Below, one piece after another: positions 1-11,334 of a DNA stretch of 64,000 bases. How positions within the stretch are numbered: the stretch's first letter is position 1; each line of letters begins with the position of its first letter. Made by a program: the position numbers and the translations under genes. The notes under the pieces are model-generated. The model searched no databases and was not told the origin of the DNA. It saw only the letters and a list, made by a program, of their open reading frames with translations. The DNA lies in assembly GCA_949505625.1 (NCBI GenBank), contig CATBQD010000009.1:476-64475 (forward strand). Direction: 5' to 3'. The stretch comes from an uncultured Bacilli bacterium. Lineage in GTDB: Bacteria; Bacillota_I; Bacilli_A; RF39; UBA660.

Positions 1-3000
1 ATTAATGCATCTTATAATTATTGGGGCTCGGAAAAGGGGCCATGGTTCAAGAATCCATATACTGGTTCCTATGAAGGCGGAACATATACAGTAAGTGATA
101 ATATTCAATTTTATCCATATAATACAACATTTATTAAAAACAGCGAAAACTCATTAGAATTAATTAAGACAATTGTTTATGATGCACCTCATTTTGGAAA
201 AGTAGGAGTTAATTCTTTTAACGGAAACTATAGTACTAAACATACAGACTTTGAAGTTTCTAATGGATTAAGTTTTACTAGAACTTACAATTCTAAAAAT
301 ACAAAAGAAAGTATATTAGGTACTGGTTGGTCATTTAGTTATGATTCTTATATTGAAAAGCATCCATATGGAGATAATTCTTATATTGTTCATTTACCAG
401 ATAGTTCTGTCAATGTCTTTATGAAACAAGAAGAAAATTATATTTCATTAAATAGTAGAAATACATTTGAAATTGTTGATGAAAAATATATCATAACAAC
501 AAAAGAACAAACAATTTATACTTATAATACAAATGGAAAACTAGAAAGTATTACAGATAAGTATGGTAATAAAACAACATTAACTTATACCAATAATTTA
601 TTGACATCTATTACAAGTAATCATAGAATTTATACATTAGAATATCAAAACAATTTACTTTCTAAAATAACTGACCCGATAGGAAGAACAGTTCGTTATA
701 GTTATTCAAATGGTCAACTTACAAAAGTAACAAATACAAATAGTATTGAGACCATTTATACTTATAATGATTCAAAACAATTGGTTGGAATAAAAGAAAA
801 TAACAATGTGATGTTAACTCTAGAATATATTACAGAAGGAATTTATAAAGATTATATTTCTAAAGTAACCAATGAAAAAGGATTAATTACAACATATACT
901 TATGATAGTGGTTCTAATATGACAACAGAAACGGACTCAAATGGAAGAATTACAAAAAAATATTACGATAGAGATGGATATGTTTATAAAGAGATTAATC
1001 CAAATGGGAATACAAAAACAATCGCTTATCAATTAGAAAATAGTGCGAATAAGTATGGTGAAATTGCTTTTGTTATTGACTTTAATTCAGCTAAAACCGC
1101 CTATACAAGAGATGATAAAGGTAATATTATAAAAATAACAAATCCAGATTCTAGCTTTAAACAGTATACTTACAATTCTAAAAATCAAGTTATAAAAGAA
1201 ATTGATGAAGAAGGAAATATTACAGAATATATTTATGATACAGATGGAGTTACTTTATTAAAACAAGTAAAACCTTTAGATGGAAAAACAGCATATACAG
1301 AAGAAGCAGATCAAAATAATTTTGAAATTATCACTTATACTTATTATGATTCAAAAGAAGTAAACAATATCAAAGGTTTAATGAAAACAAAAACAGATGA
1401 AAAAGGATTAACAACATATACTTATAATAACTATGGTGATGTTATTTCTATTACAAATGGAAACAATGAAAAAACTGTTTATTCAAAAAATAAATTAGGT
1501 TGGGTTTTAACAGAACAAATTAATGATGGTTATATTACGGAATATGAATATGATAATAACGGAAATACAACAAGTATTAAAAAAGATTCTAACTTGGTTT
1601 CTAAAGTAGAATATAATTATCAAAATAAACCAGTTAAAGTATTTGATGGAAATTGTAAAGAAAAGACTGTTTTTACACCTCTTACGTCTGGACTTAATTG
1701 GAACTCTAATCATAATTTATTAACAAATGTAGAATCAGAAACTATTTGTGATGCAATTATTTATGAATATGATATTTCAGGAAATAAAATTAAAGAAACA
1801 GATAGAGAAGGAAATACTATTACTTATAAGTATGACCAATATGGAAATGTAACAGAAAAAATTAGTCCAAATGAAAGTAGTTATTTATATGAATACGATA
1901 GTTTAAATCGATTAATTAAAACTTCTTTTAAGGACGGAGAAAATATAACTTTATTAGAAGAAAAATCTTATACGATAGCTTCTACTTCTACAACTACAAC
2001 AAAAACATATACAAATGATACAGAATTTAAAACAACTGTTGAAAGCTATAACAATAGAAATTGGAAATCTATAGAGAAACTTGAAACGAATCAAGCAACG
2101 ATTAATTATTATAAAAATGGTCAAATATATTATACAGTAGATAGAAATGGTGGATATACTTATTACTATTACAATAAAGCAAATCGATTAAGTAAAAAAT
2201 GTATTCAAGCCGATAGTTATTATATTTGTACACTATATACTTATGATAATAGTGGTAGATTGATAGAAGAAAAATTAGGAAAAAATAAAGTTTCTTATAA
2301 TGGTACTCCATCTAGTTATATTGTTACAACTTATCAATATAATGACATAGGACAAGTCATTAAAAAAATAACTTCAAGTGGAGAAGAAATAGAATATACT
2401 TATGATATTTATGAAAATGTCATCCAAGAAAAAACAAAAATAAGTGAAGACAAATATCAAACGAAAACATATGAATATAATTATTTAAATAAAGTAACAA
2501 AAGAAAATCTAGAAGGAATTATAACAACATATGAATATGATGGTGTTGGAAATATTATTAAAAAAACAACTGGTGAAAATGTAGTTACAAAATATGAATA
2601 TAATAAAAACTATCAAGTGACTAAAACAATATTGGATAATATTACTCAAGAAGAAAAAATGTATGATAACATGGGTAATATCATTATAAAAACAGATTCA
2701 AATGGTAATGCAACCAATTATATTTATGATAAAAGAAATAATGTGATTAAAGAAACAAATGCAAGAAATTTAGTAATTATTTATTCTTATGATTACAATA
2801 ATCGTTTAATAGAAACAAAAGATGCTAAAAATAATGTTATTCATTATGTATATGATAAATTTGATAATGTAATTTCTAAAACAACGAATGATACCATTAC
2901 TTATCAATATACTTATGATAAGAATAACAATGTTTTAAAAGAAATTGACCCATTAGGAAATACAACAACATATGCTTATGATAAAACCAATAAAGTAGCA

Positions 3001-6000
3001 AGAGTTACTGATAAATTAGGAAATTATAAGACATATGCTTACAATGTTTTACTGAATGTAGTAACCGAAAGAAATGAAAAAGGTATTTATATATATTATA
3101 CATATGATGATAGAGGTAATTGTATTGAAAAGAAATTAGGTTCCACTATCATTGAACAAAATGAATATGATTTGATGAATAACTTAGTGAAAAAAACAGA
3201 CGCTAATAAGAATGTAATGACATATGAATATAATGTTTTAAATCAATTGATAAAGAAGACAAATCCATTAGGTTATATAGAAGAATATGAATATGATAAA
3301 AATGGCAATTTAATTAAAATGAAAGATTATCAAAAAGAAATATTGTATTCTTATGATAATAGAGGAAATTTATTAAAAACGGTAGAACAAACATTAGATG
3401 GAAAAGAGAAAATAGAAACATCTAAAGTATATGATAATAATAACAATGTGATTAAAGAAATAGATGGAAATGGCAATATAACAACTTATACTTATGATGG
3501 CTTAAATAATGTTATTAAAATGAAAAATCCATTGAATCAAGAAACATTATATGAATATGATAATAACAATAACTTAGTGAAAGAAACAAACTATTTAGGA
3601 GATTCTAAAACTTATATTTATGATTCTTTTGATCGATTAATTGAAAAGAAAAATGAATTAGGAGAAACGATTGAAAAATTAGAATATGATTTCAATGGTA
3701 GACAAGTTAAAAGTATAGATGGATTAGGTCATACGACTACATTTGTTTATGATAAATTAGATAGAGTGATAGAAAAAATAGATTCATTAAATAGAAGTGA
3801 AAAAACAACTTATGATGCATTAGGAAATGTATTGACAAAAACAGATGCCAATGGAAATATTACAAAATATGTATATAACGACTTTAATAAAGTAACAAAG
3901 GTAACCAATGCATTAAATGAAAGTACTATCTATACATATGACAATAATAGTAATCTATTATCAGTAACAGATGGAAATAGTAAGAAAATAATTTATACTT
4001 ATAATGCTTTAAATTTAGAACTAACAGAAAAAGATGCATTAGGATTTATTGAAACAAAAGAATATAATTCAAATGGAATTTTAAAGAAAAAAACAACCAA
4101 AAATGGTTCTGAAATTAATTATACTTATGATATTCATAACAGATTGATTAAAGAAAATGATATTACTTACAAATATGATAATAATGATAATTTGTTAGAA
4201 ATTAAGGAAAATGAAAATGTAATTACTAGAGCTTATGATCAGTTAAATCGAGTAACAAAGAAAACAGAAAATAATCTTACAACAACATTTACTTATTCTG
4301 ATTATAGTGAAAAAACAGTTGATCCAAAAGGAAATGAAACAGTAAAAAACTATGATAAAGTAGGAAGATTAAAAGAAGTAGTTGGAGAAGCAGTTTATAC
4401 TTACAACTTAGATGGAACTGTTAAAAAAGTAACTTATCAAAATGGTTCAACTGAAGAATATAGTTATAAAGATGATAAGTCATTAGATACTTTAGTAAAT
4501 ACTTATCATGAGAAAGAAGAAACTTATCGTTATAGTTATGACAATAATAAAAATATCATTTCAAAATATGAAAATGGAAAAGAAACGAGTTATACTTATG
4601 ATGCATTAAACCGATTAAAAACAATTAGTGAATTCAGTTATAACGAAATAGAAAATGAAGAATTAGAAAAAGTAGAAACACTACTTACTACATATCTTTA
4701 TGATAAAGCAGGAAATAGAACCAAAGAAATAACCAGTAATATTACAAAAGAATATACTTATGATTCTAATAATAGACTTACAAAAATAATTGAAAAAGAA
4801 GATAATATAATTACAAAAACAACTATCTATACTTATGATAGTAATGGAAATCAGTTAACAGAAACCGTGAATAATGAAGTAAAAGAAACAAGTACTTATA
4901 ATGAAAGAAATGAGTTAGTAAAGGTAGTTACAGATAAAGAAACTATATATACTTATAATCCAGAAGGAAAACGAATTCAAAAACAGCAAGATAATAAAGT
5001 GATTAAATTTGTTTATGAAGGATTAGATGTTATATTAGAGTTAGATGAAAATGATAATGAGTTATCACATAATACATATGGATTAGCTTTAATATCAAGA
5101 GAGAACTCTAGTAAAGGATATTATTTATATAATGGTCATGGAGATACAGTAAGTATTGTAAATGAAGAAAATAATTTATTAAATAGCTATACATATGATG
5201 AATGGGGAGTTATAATAGAAAGTAATGGAGAGTTTGATAATCCATATAGATATGCAGGATATTATTATGATTTAGAAACAGATAATTATTATTTATTAAG
5301 TAGATATTATAATCCAGAGATAGGAAGATTTATAAGTGAAGATACCTATAGAGGAGATTATAATGACCCACTTAGTTTAAATAGATATGTATATGTAATA
5401 AACAATCCATTAATTTATATTGATCCAGATGGGTATTGGCCTAAATGGTTAGATGATTTTGGAAATTGGATAGGAAAGCGTGGGAAAGCTGTAGGAGAAG
5501 CAGCATATGAGTTTGTAGTTGATACAGGAAAAGGAACGTTAGATTTATTAGGAACAGTAAGTGGATATGTTATATCAGAAGCTGGAAAGTTTACAAATGG
5601 CTTGGCTTATGATATGGGAATAATAACAGATTATAATTATGCAGATGCTCAAAAACTTTATGGGAATTTGCATGATGTAACGAGTATGAAATTAGCCCAG
5701 ATGCCAGAAAATATAATAACAGGAATACAACAGAATTTTACTACAACATTTAATTATGATAATTTTATAAATTATTTAACAACAGATAATTATAATGATA
5801 TAAAAAATTATTCAAAATCAGTAATACAAACAGGAGTAACATTATATGGAGGATATAAGACAGCAAAAGGAATAAATAATTTAGCAAATGTAGTAAGTAA
5901 TGTAAGTATAACAACAAAACAAATACCAATAGGAAGTGTTATAAATAATAATGGTACATTATCATTAACAACAGCAACAGTACCAACTATAACGGGTATT

Positions 6001-6396
6001 AATGTAGCAACATTAAATCAAGCAATTATAAATGGAAGTATAGGAATAGCATCTATATCTACTAATGGAAATTATAATAAAAATAAACATCCTGATCCTT
6101 ACAAAAAATTCGATTTAAATAATCCAGAAAGCTTTAGAGGCGCAAAATTAGAAGATGTAGAAAATTTTATGGATGAGCATTTAAAAGATAAGACTTTAGG
6201 AAAAGGTAAACATCCATTTGAGAAAGATGTTTTGGGAGATGGAAATGGTGTGCGATATTATACTAAGAGTGGTCAAAATTTTGAATTAAACTATGGTTAT
6301 GATAAAACAATTTATGGCGGAGGAGATGGAATACATCAGGGACCATATTTGAAGACTACAGTTGGTTCAAAAGTGGTACATATTCCATTAAAATAG
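1..6396 (+). CDS. Rhs/YD-repeat polymorphic toxin, 5'-truncated by the window edge. Reading frame 1 is open from base 1, and the ORF track's Met at 421 is internal. It comprises the RHS core plus a pretoxin region and C-terminal toxin tip CT1.
   Basis: Translation from base 1 has no stop and contains an N-terminal-region motif of Rhs/teneurin proteins (SFTRTYNS...GTGWSFSYD). There are dozens of YD repeats (YxYDxxGN). The RHS core ends with the conserved NPLIYIDPDGYWP motif (DPxG boundary) at ~5400, followed by ~320 aa of non-repeat sequence. Confidence 0.85.
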   Translation: MNASYNYWGSEKGPWFKNPYTGSYEGGTYTVSDNIQFYPYNTTFIKNSENSLELIKTIVYDAPHFGKVGVNSFNGNYSTKHTDFEVSNGLSFTRTYNSKNTKESILGTGWSFSYDSYIEKHPYGDNSYIVHLPDSSVNVFMKQEENYISLNSRNTFEIVDEKYIITTKEQTIYTYNTNGKLESITDKYGNKTTLTYTNNLLTSITSNHRIYTLEYQNNLLSKITDPIGRTVRYSYSNGQLTKVTNTNSIETIYTYNDSKQLVGIKENNNVMLTLEYITEGIYKDYISKVTNEKGLITTYTYDSGSNMTTETDSNGRITKKYYDRDGYVYKEINPNGNTKTIAYQLENSANKYGEIAFVIDFNSAKTAYTRDDKGNIIKITNPDSSFKQYTYNSKNQVIKEIDEEGNITEYIYDTDGVTLLKQVKPLDGKTAYTEEADQNNFEIITYTYYDSKEVNNIKGLMKTKTDEKGLTTYTYNNYGDVISITNGNNEKTVYSKNKLGWVLTEQINDGYITEYEYDNNGNTTSIKKDSNLVSKVEYNYQNKPVKVFDGNCKEKTVFTPLTSGLNWNSNHNLLTNVESETICDAIIYEYDISGNKIKETDREGNTITYKYDQYGNVTEKISPNESSYLYEYDSLNRLIKTSFKDGENITLLEEKSYTIASTSTTTTKTYTNDTEFKTTVESYNNRNWKSIEKLETNQATINYYKNGQIYYTVDRNGGYTYYYYNKANRLSKKCIQADSYYICTLYTYDNSGRLIEEKLGKNKVSYNGTPSSYIVTTYQYNDIGQVIKKITSSGEEIEYTYDIYENVIQEKTKISEDKYQTKTYEYNYLNKVTKENLEGIITTYEYDGVGNIIKKTTGENVVTKYEYNKNYQVTKTILDNITQEEKMYDNMGNIIIKTDSNGNATNYIYDKRNNVIKETNARNLVIIYSYDYNNRLIETKDAKNNVIHYVYDKFDNVISKTTNDTITYQYTYDKNNNVLKEIDPLGNTTTYAYDKTNKVARVTDKLGNYKTYAYNVLLNVVTERNEKGIYIYYTYDDRGNCIEKKLGSTIIEQNEYDLMNNLVKKTDANKNVMTYEYNVLNQLIKKTNPLGYIEEYEYDKNGNLIKMKDYQKEILYSYDNRGNLLKTVEQTLDGKEKIETSKVYDNNNNVIKEIDGNGNITTYTYDGLNNVIKMKNPLNQETLYEYDNNNNLVKETNYLGDSKTYIYDSFDRLIEKKNELGETIEKLEYDFNGRQVKSIDGLGHTTTFVYDKLDRVIEKIDSLNRSEKTTYDALGNVLTKTDANGNITKYVYNDFNKVTKVTNALNESTIYTYDNNSNLLSVTDGNSKKIIYTYNALNLELTEKDALGFIETKEYNSNGILKKKTTKNGSEINYTYDIHNRLIKENDITYKYDNNDNLLEIKENENVITRAYDQLNRVTKKTENNLTTTFTYSDYSEKTVDPKGNETVKNYDKVGRLKEVVGEAVYTYNLDGTVKKVTYQNGSTEEYSYKDDKSLDTLVNTYHEKEETYRYSYDNNKNIISKYENGKETSYTYDALNRLKTISEFSYNEIENEELEKVETLLTTYLYDKAGNRTKEITSNITKEYTYDSNNRLTKIIEKEDNIITKTTIYTYDSNGNQLTETVNNEVKETSTYNERNELVKVVTDKETIYTYNPEGKRIQKQQDNKVIKFVYEGLDVILELDENDNELSHNTYGLALISRENSSKGYYLYNGHGDTVSIVNEENNLLNSYTYDEWGVIIESNGEFDNPYRYAGYYYDLETDNYYLLSRYYNPEIGRFISEDTYRGDYNDPLSLNRYVYVINNPLIYIDPDGYWPKWLDDFGNWIGKRGKAVGEAAYEFVVDTGKGTLDLLGTVSGYVISEAGKFTNGLAYDMGIITDYNYADAQKLYGNLHDVTSMKLAQMPENIITGIQQNFTTTFNYDNFINYLTTDNYNDIKNYSKSVIQTGVTLYGGYKTAKGINNLANVVSNVSITTKQIPIGSVINNNGTLSLTTATVPTITGINVATLNQAIINGSIGIASISTNGNYNKNKHPDPYKKFDLNNPESFRGAKLEDVENFMDEHLKDKTLGKGKHPFEKDVLGDGNGVRYYTKSGQNFELNYGYDKTIYGGGDGIHQGPYLKTTVGSKVVHIPLK

Positions 6397-6409
6397 AAAG
6401 AGGTTCAGT

Positions 6410-6808
6410 ATGAAAGAAAAAGACTTATTATCTTTTTTAGGAGATATAGTAGAACAGGATAGTGATTTAGAAACTTTGAAATCTAGACATACTATACACA
6501 ATTACGGTAAGTGTAGTTTAAATATGTTAAAAAGGATTATTATCTATGGATTAGAACACCATATATTAGAAGTATCAAAATATGTGCGCTCAGAAAAAAG
6601 ATATATTAATTTAGAACTAATGGAAAGTAAAAAAATAATTGAAAATGATAATTATTGGGAAAATGGCGAAAATGAAGTATATTATGTCACCTTTATAGAT
6701 ATTCCACACTATTTCTTTATTATATTTGGTCCATATGGTGTAACTGGAGAGCATGCTTTTGAAGGAGCGAAAGTTCCAGATGAATTTACGCAATTTATAA
6801 TTGAGTAA
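6410..6808 (+). CDS. Putative immunity protein cognate to the Rhs CT1 toxin tip
   Basis: A small ORF lies 13 bp downstream of the rhs stop with an RBS (AAAGAGG) 7 nt upstream of the ATG. This is the canonical position of rhsI immunity genes. There is no recognisable family. Confidence 0.5.
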   Translation: MKEKDLLSFLGDIVEQDSDLETLKSRHTIHNYGKCSLNMLKRIIIYGLEHHILEVSKYVRSEKRYINLELMESKKIIENDNYWENGENEVYYVTFIDIPHYFFIIFGPYGVTGEHAFEGAKVPDEFTQFIIE

Positions 6809-6825
6809 AAATATGTTTTAACTAA

Positions 6826-6857
6826 GCCAATCAAGTGATTGGCTTTCTCTATCTTTT
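6826..6857 (+). terminator. Rho-independent terminator after the imm1 gene
   Basis: Perfect 8-bp inverted repeat GCCAATCA/TGATTGGC (6826..6843) followed by TTTCTCTATCTTTT. Confidence 0.5.
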
Positions 6858-6938
6858 ATGTACATTAAAACTGTCCAAGTAAATAAATTACTCAAAGTTA
6901 AGCAGCTGACTTAGTAATCGGCATAAAAACAATAAAAA
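6851..6938. repeat. Cassette-boundary repeat, copy A (full length)
   Basis: ATCTTTTATGTACATTAAAACTGTCCAAGTAAATAAATTACTCAAAGTTAAGCAGCTGACTTAGTAATCGGCATAAAAACAATAAAAAG. Related copies occur at 9938..10027 (full), 11237..11263 (left half only) and 14231..14280 (right half only). Confidence 0.8.
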
Positions 6939-6956
6939 GAAACCAAGCTAAGTTAT

Positions 6957-9511
6957 AAACAGATGCCAATGGAAATATTACAAAATATGTATATAACGAC
7001 TTTAATAAAGTAACAAAGGTAACCAATGCATTAAATGAAAGTACTATCTATACATATGACAATAATAGTAATCTATTATCAGTAACAGATGGAAATAGTA
7101 AGAAAATAATTTATACTTATAATGCTTTAAATTTAGAACTAACAGAAAAAGATGCATTAGGATTTATTGAAACAAAAGAATATAATTCAAATGGAATTTT
7201 AAAGAAAAAAACAACCAAAAATGGTTCTGAAATTAATTATACTTATGATATTCATAACAGATTGATTAAAGAAAATGATATTACTTACAAATATGATAAT
7301 AATGATAATTTGTTAGAAATTAAGGAAAATGAAAATGTAATTACTAGAGCTTATGATCAGTTAAATCGAGTAACAAAGAAAACAGAAAATAATCTTACAA
7401 CAACATTTACTTATTCTGATTATAGTGAAAAAACAGTTGATCCAAAAGGAAATGAAACAGTAAAAAACTATGATAAAGTAGGAAGATTAAAAGAAGTAGT
7501 TGGAGAAGCAGTTTATACTTACAACTTAGATGGAACTGTTAAAAAAGTAACTTATCAAAATGGTTCAACTGAAGAATATAGTTATAAAGATGATAAGTCA
7601 TTAGATACTTTAGTAAATACTTATCATGAGAAAGAAGAAACTTATCGTTATAGTTATGACAATAATAAAAATATCATTTCAAAATATGAAAATGGAAAAG
7701 AAACGAGTTATACTTATGATGCATTAAACCGATTAAAAACAATTAGTGAATTCAGTTATAACGAAATAGAAAATGAAGAATTAGAAAAAGTAGAAACACT
7801 ACTTACTACATATCTTTATGATAAAGCAGGAAATAGAACCAAAGAAATAACCAGTAATATTACAAAAGAATATACTTATGATTCTAATAATAGACTTACA
7901 AAAATAATTGAAAAAGAAGATAATATAATTACAAAAACAACTATCTATACTTATGATAGTAATGGAAATCAGTTAACAGAAACCGTGAATAATGAAGTAA
8001 AAGAAACAAGTACTTATAATGAAAGAAATGAGTTAGTAAAGGTAGTTACAGATAAAGAAACTATATATACTTATAATCCAGAAGGAAAACGAATTCAAAA
8101 ACAGCAAGATAATAAAGTGATTAAATTTGTTTATGAAGGATTAGATGTTATATTAGAGTTAGATGAAAATGATAATGAGTTATCACATAATACATATGGA
8201 TTAGCTTTAATATCAAGAGAGAACTCTAGTAAAGGATATTATTTATATAATGGTCATGGAGATACAGTAAGTATTGTAAATGAAGAAAATAATTTATTAA
8301 ATAGCTATACATATGATGAATGGGGAGTTATAATAGAAAGTAATGGAGAGTTTGATAATCCATATAGATATGCAGGATATTATTATGATTTAGAAACAGA
8401 TAATTATTATTTATTAAGTAGATATTATAATCCAGAGATAGGAAGATTTATAAGTGAAGATACCTATAGAGGAGATTATAATGACCCACTTAGTTTAAAT
8501 AGATATGTATATGTAATAAACAATCCATTAATTTATATTGACCCAGATGGGCATTTACCTAAGTGGTTAAAAAGTATTGTAGATGATGTATCTAATTTAG
8601 GAAAGACATTAGGAGCTACAATACATGGAGGAGCACAAGCTTTAGGAGATGCGATTATAGGACTTGGACAAATGACAATTGATGGTGGAACAATATTCTT
8701 ATATGGAAGTGCAGCATTTGGAAATGAAATCTATCATAATTTAGGATTATTTAGTGATGAAGATTATGAAAGAAATTTAGACTATTATACAGATAAGTTA
8801 ATAGATAGTGGAAGTAGATTAAATCCAATAAATGCAATAAATGGAATAAAAGAAAACTTTGCAACAACATTTAATTTAGATAACATAGAGAGATTTGTAG
8901 ATAAAGATACTTCATATTTTGATAAGGTTGCATATGCAAATGAAGCAACAAAGACAGCAATGACAGTATATGGAACATATAAAGTAGGAAAAGGTATTTA
9001 TAATAAAGTTACACAGCCATCATCATTTGGAGAAATGAGTAAAGCAGATGCATCAGGTTATAAAAATTATTGGAATCAAGTAAAGCAAGGCTTGACAGTA
9101 GAACAAAGATATAATTTACAAAAATTTGGGACAATGAATACTTTTGCAGATTATATGACTTTAGATGATGCAGCAAATTATAATCAGCATTGGGAACAGG
9201 TAAAACAAGGTTTAACTGCAGAGCAAAGATATAATTACGCTAGGTATGGTAATTTTGAAGGTGTGCCGATTCAAAATAATCCACTTACTGGCTATACTAG
9301 ACATGGATTAAATTCTGCGATAAGTCATGATGGAGTAGGAATTCGTCCAAGTAGTATATTAGATACAGTAAAAAATCCATTAAAGATAAGACCAGGCACA
9401 GATCATACAGTAAGATATATTGGAAAAGAAGGAGTAGTAAATTTAAACTATGATGGCAAATTAACTACTACTTGGTCAAAAGGAAGCGCATATTGGAGGA
9501 TGAAAAAATGA
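6957..9511 (+). CDS. Orphan Rhs C-terminal module (promoterless) carrying an alternative toxin tip CT2
   Basis: 6957..8552 is a near-identical duplicate of rhs 3839..5434 (constant offset of 3118 bp). Only one mismatch was noticed, GATCCAGAT versus GACCCAGAT. It is in frame and open from the TAA at 6954. There is no ATG start or RBS (the ORF track uses TTG at 7262). After the shared DPDG motif the sequence diverges completely (HLPKWLKS... versus YWPKWLDD...) to a different ~320-aa C-terminus. Confidence 0.8.
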
Positions 9512-9777
9512 GTAATAAATTAACAAACGCGGATATAGAGGAAATTAATAATTGTTTTTCACAGTTTCATAGAAATGATTCTTTTTTGCCAATAACATTA
9601 GAAAAAATAGTAAATAATAAAGAATTGTTAGAAGAATGTTTATTTTGCGTGGATGATATGTATCATCATGCTGGAGTAAAAGAGGATTGGGAACCTAATG
9701 ATTATGGTCTTTTGCTATATCACATAGAGGAGAAAATAAATAATCGCATCTATTTTTTGCAAGATAATGATAGTTAA
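9508..9777 (+). CDS. Putative immunity protein cognate to orphan toxin tip CT2
   Basis: The ATG at 9508 is preceded by GGAGGA and overlaps the orphan rhs stop codon (GGAGGATGAAAAAATG). A small acidic protein in the immunity position. The ORF-track start at 9472 lies inside rhs and is unlikely. Confidence 0.5.
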   Translation: MSNKLTNADIEEINNCFSQFHRNDSFLPITLEKIVNNKELLEECLFCVDDMYHHAGVKEDWEPNDYGLLLYHIEEKINNRIYFLQDNDS

Positions 9778-9794
9778 GAAAGGTAATAACTAAG

Positions 9795-9831
9795 GGGTGT
9801 CATGAAATAGCAGTGTGACACCTATTTTTTA
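9795..9831 (+). terminator. Rho-independent terminator after imm2
   Basis: GGTGTCA..TGACACC stem followed by TATTTTTTATTTT. Confidence 0.5.
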
Positions 9832-9937
9832 TTTTATTGCAATTTTTAAATTTAATAATTCATTATGAAATATAGGTTTTAATAAATAGATATAAAAAGA
9901 CTATATGAAATTGTTTTATTTCATGACAGCCAATTTC

Positions 9938-10027
9938 GCCATCTTTTATGTACGATAAAAATTGTCTGAGTAAATCAATTAGTCAAATTTAAATAACTAA
10001 CTTAGTAATTAGTATAGAAGCAAGAGA
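9938..10027. repeat. Cassette-boundary repeat, copy B (full length, ~75% identical to copy A)
   Basis: ATCTTTTATGTACGATAAAAATTGTCTGAGTAAATCAATTAGTCAAATTTAAATAACTAACTTAGTAATTAGTATAGAAG aligns along its length with copy A. Confidence 0.7.
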
Positions 10028-10159
10028 TAAGGAACAGAAAATGATAAAGTTATAGTTTTCACTTTCTTTTCACAAATGATTGATTTTAATGTATGTATAT
10101 GTTACTATATGGTTAATAGTAAAGGATAGTGCTAAAAGTATTATTAGGGTGTATAGTAT

Positions 10160-11167
10160 ATGAAAAAATTAAGTGTATGGTTTCGTGAAGTTATGGGCCT
10201 ACTTTTTTGGGGCTTTTTGCTTGTAATTGCTATTTCTGGATTGTTTACAGGATCAAATTCAGTTATAAAAAATTTAACATCTGATTGTGTGATTTATACA
10301 GTAGAAGATCTGGAGAAATGTTATAATGAAAATCAATATGTTGAAGTTCATACAATGCAAGTATTAGATGGTGGTTATGAGCATATTGAAGATAACAATG
10401 GAACTGGAAAATTTGTAATTATAAATCTAGATGGACATGGAATGATTTCTTTATTAAAAGAATCATTAGCAGACTCATTATTAACAAATGAAATAGAACA
10501 GGTTGTTATAAAAGGAAAAATTGAAAAATTCAGTCAATCTAATAAAACAGTGAGTGATAATATAGAAAAACAATATAAAGAAGCATTTAAAGATGTGCAT
10601 ACTGAAGAAGAACTTGCAACTTTGTTTACTGCCATTCAATTTAATCAATATGATGCTGATAAGGGAACTTTAATTTTTCTTTTGGTCTTTTATATTGTTG
10701 CTATAATATGGTTTTTGTCAAGAATCATTCGTAAAATTCCTGGTGTCATAAAGCCAGAACAATATCATTTTAATAATAGTGTTTCTATTAGAGAAAAACC
10801 AGATTTTAATAAAGTTTTAGAAGAATTTGACTCAAAAAAATATTATTTTCAGTATAAAAATATCTATATTACAGAACACTATTTGATTAAAAAGAGAGGA
10901 AAACGATTACATGTTACTTCTAAGGATTGCATTGCTTGGATTTATGAAAAAAAGGTAACCGTTAATTTTATAACTTATTCTCACTATATAGTGGTTCATA
11001 CATTTGATAGAAAAAGAGCTTTACGTATTACAGTCAATGAAAAAAATAAAACATTTATTATGGAAGCATTAAGAAAAGAGTGTCCAAACGCAACTTTTGG
11101 ATACAACTATTCTCTTGCAAGTTTATGGAGAAAAAATCCAGAGCGTTTTATAAAAAATAACGAATAA
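10160..11167 (+). CDS. Membrane protein with 2 TM segments (N-terminal and central) and a C-terminal soluble domain, function unknown
   Basis: ORF with hydrophobic helices LLFWGFLLVIAISGLF and LIFLLVFYIVAIIWFL. The C-terminal region (YKNIYITEHYLIKKRGKRLHV...) is loosely reminiscent of a bacterial PH-like fold, which is weak evidence. It lies between two copies of the cassette repeat. Confidence 0.5.
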   Translation: MKKLSVWFREVMGLLFWGFLLVIAISGLFTGSNSVIKNLTSDCVIYTVEDLEKCYNENQYVEVHTMQVLDGGYEHIEDNNGTGKFVIINLDGHGMISLLKESLADSLLTNEIEQVVIKGKIEKFSQSNKTVSDNIEKQYKEAFKDVHTEEELATLFTAIQFNQYDADKGTLIFLLVFYIVAIIWFLSRIIRKIPGVIKPEQYHFNNSVSIREKPDFNKVLEEFDSKKYYFQYKNIYITEHYLIKKRGKRLHVTSKDCIAWIYEKKVTVNFITYSHYIVVHTFDRKRALRITVNEKNKTFIMEALRKECPNATFGYNYSLASLWRKNPERFIKNNE

Positions 11168-11236
11168 AAATGTATCAGTTTGCATTTAATTAAATTTTAC
11201 TTTGTTCATTTAAAGATAACTATTTATAATATTTTC

Positions 11237-11263
11237 CCATCGTTTATGCACATTAAAAATATG
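11237..11263. repeat. Cassette-boundary repeat, copy C (left half only)
   Basis: CCATCGTTTATGCACATTAAAAATATG matches the left ~25 bp of copies A and B, then diverges. Confidence 0.6.
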
Positions 11264-11334
11264 AAAATTCTGTTTATATTGATTAAACTATGGTAAAATA
11301 ATGTTAACTTATATATTTAGCAGTGAGGAATATT

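Noticed and set aside
1507-2311. Minus-strand ORFs 1507..1713 and 2102..2311 inside rhs
   Set aside because: They are antisense to a long, clearly coding YD-repeat frame. The translations are low complexity (Ile/Phe/Tyr/Asn-rich), which is typical of AT-rich antisense noise.
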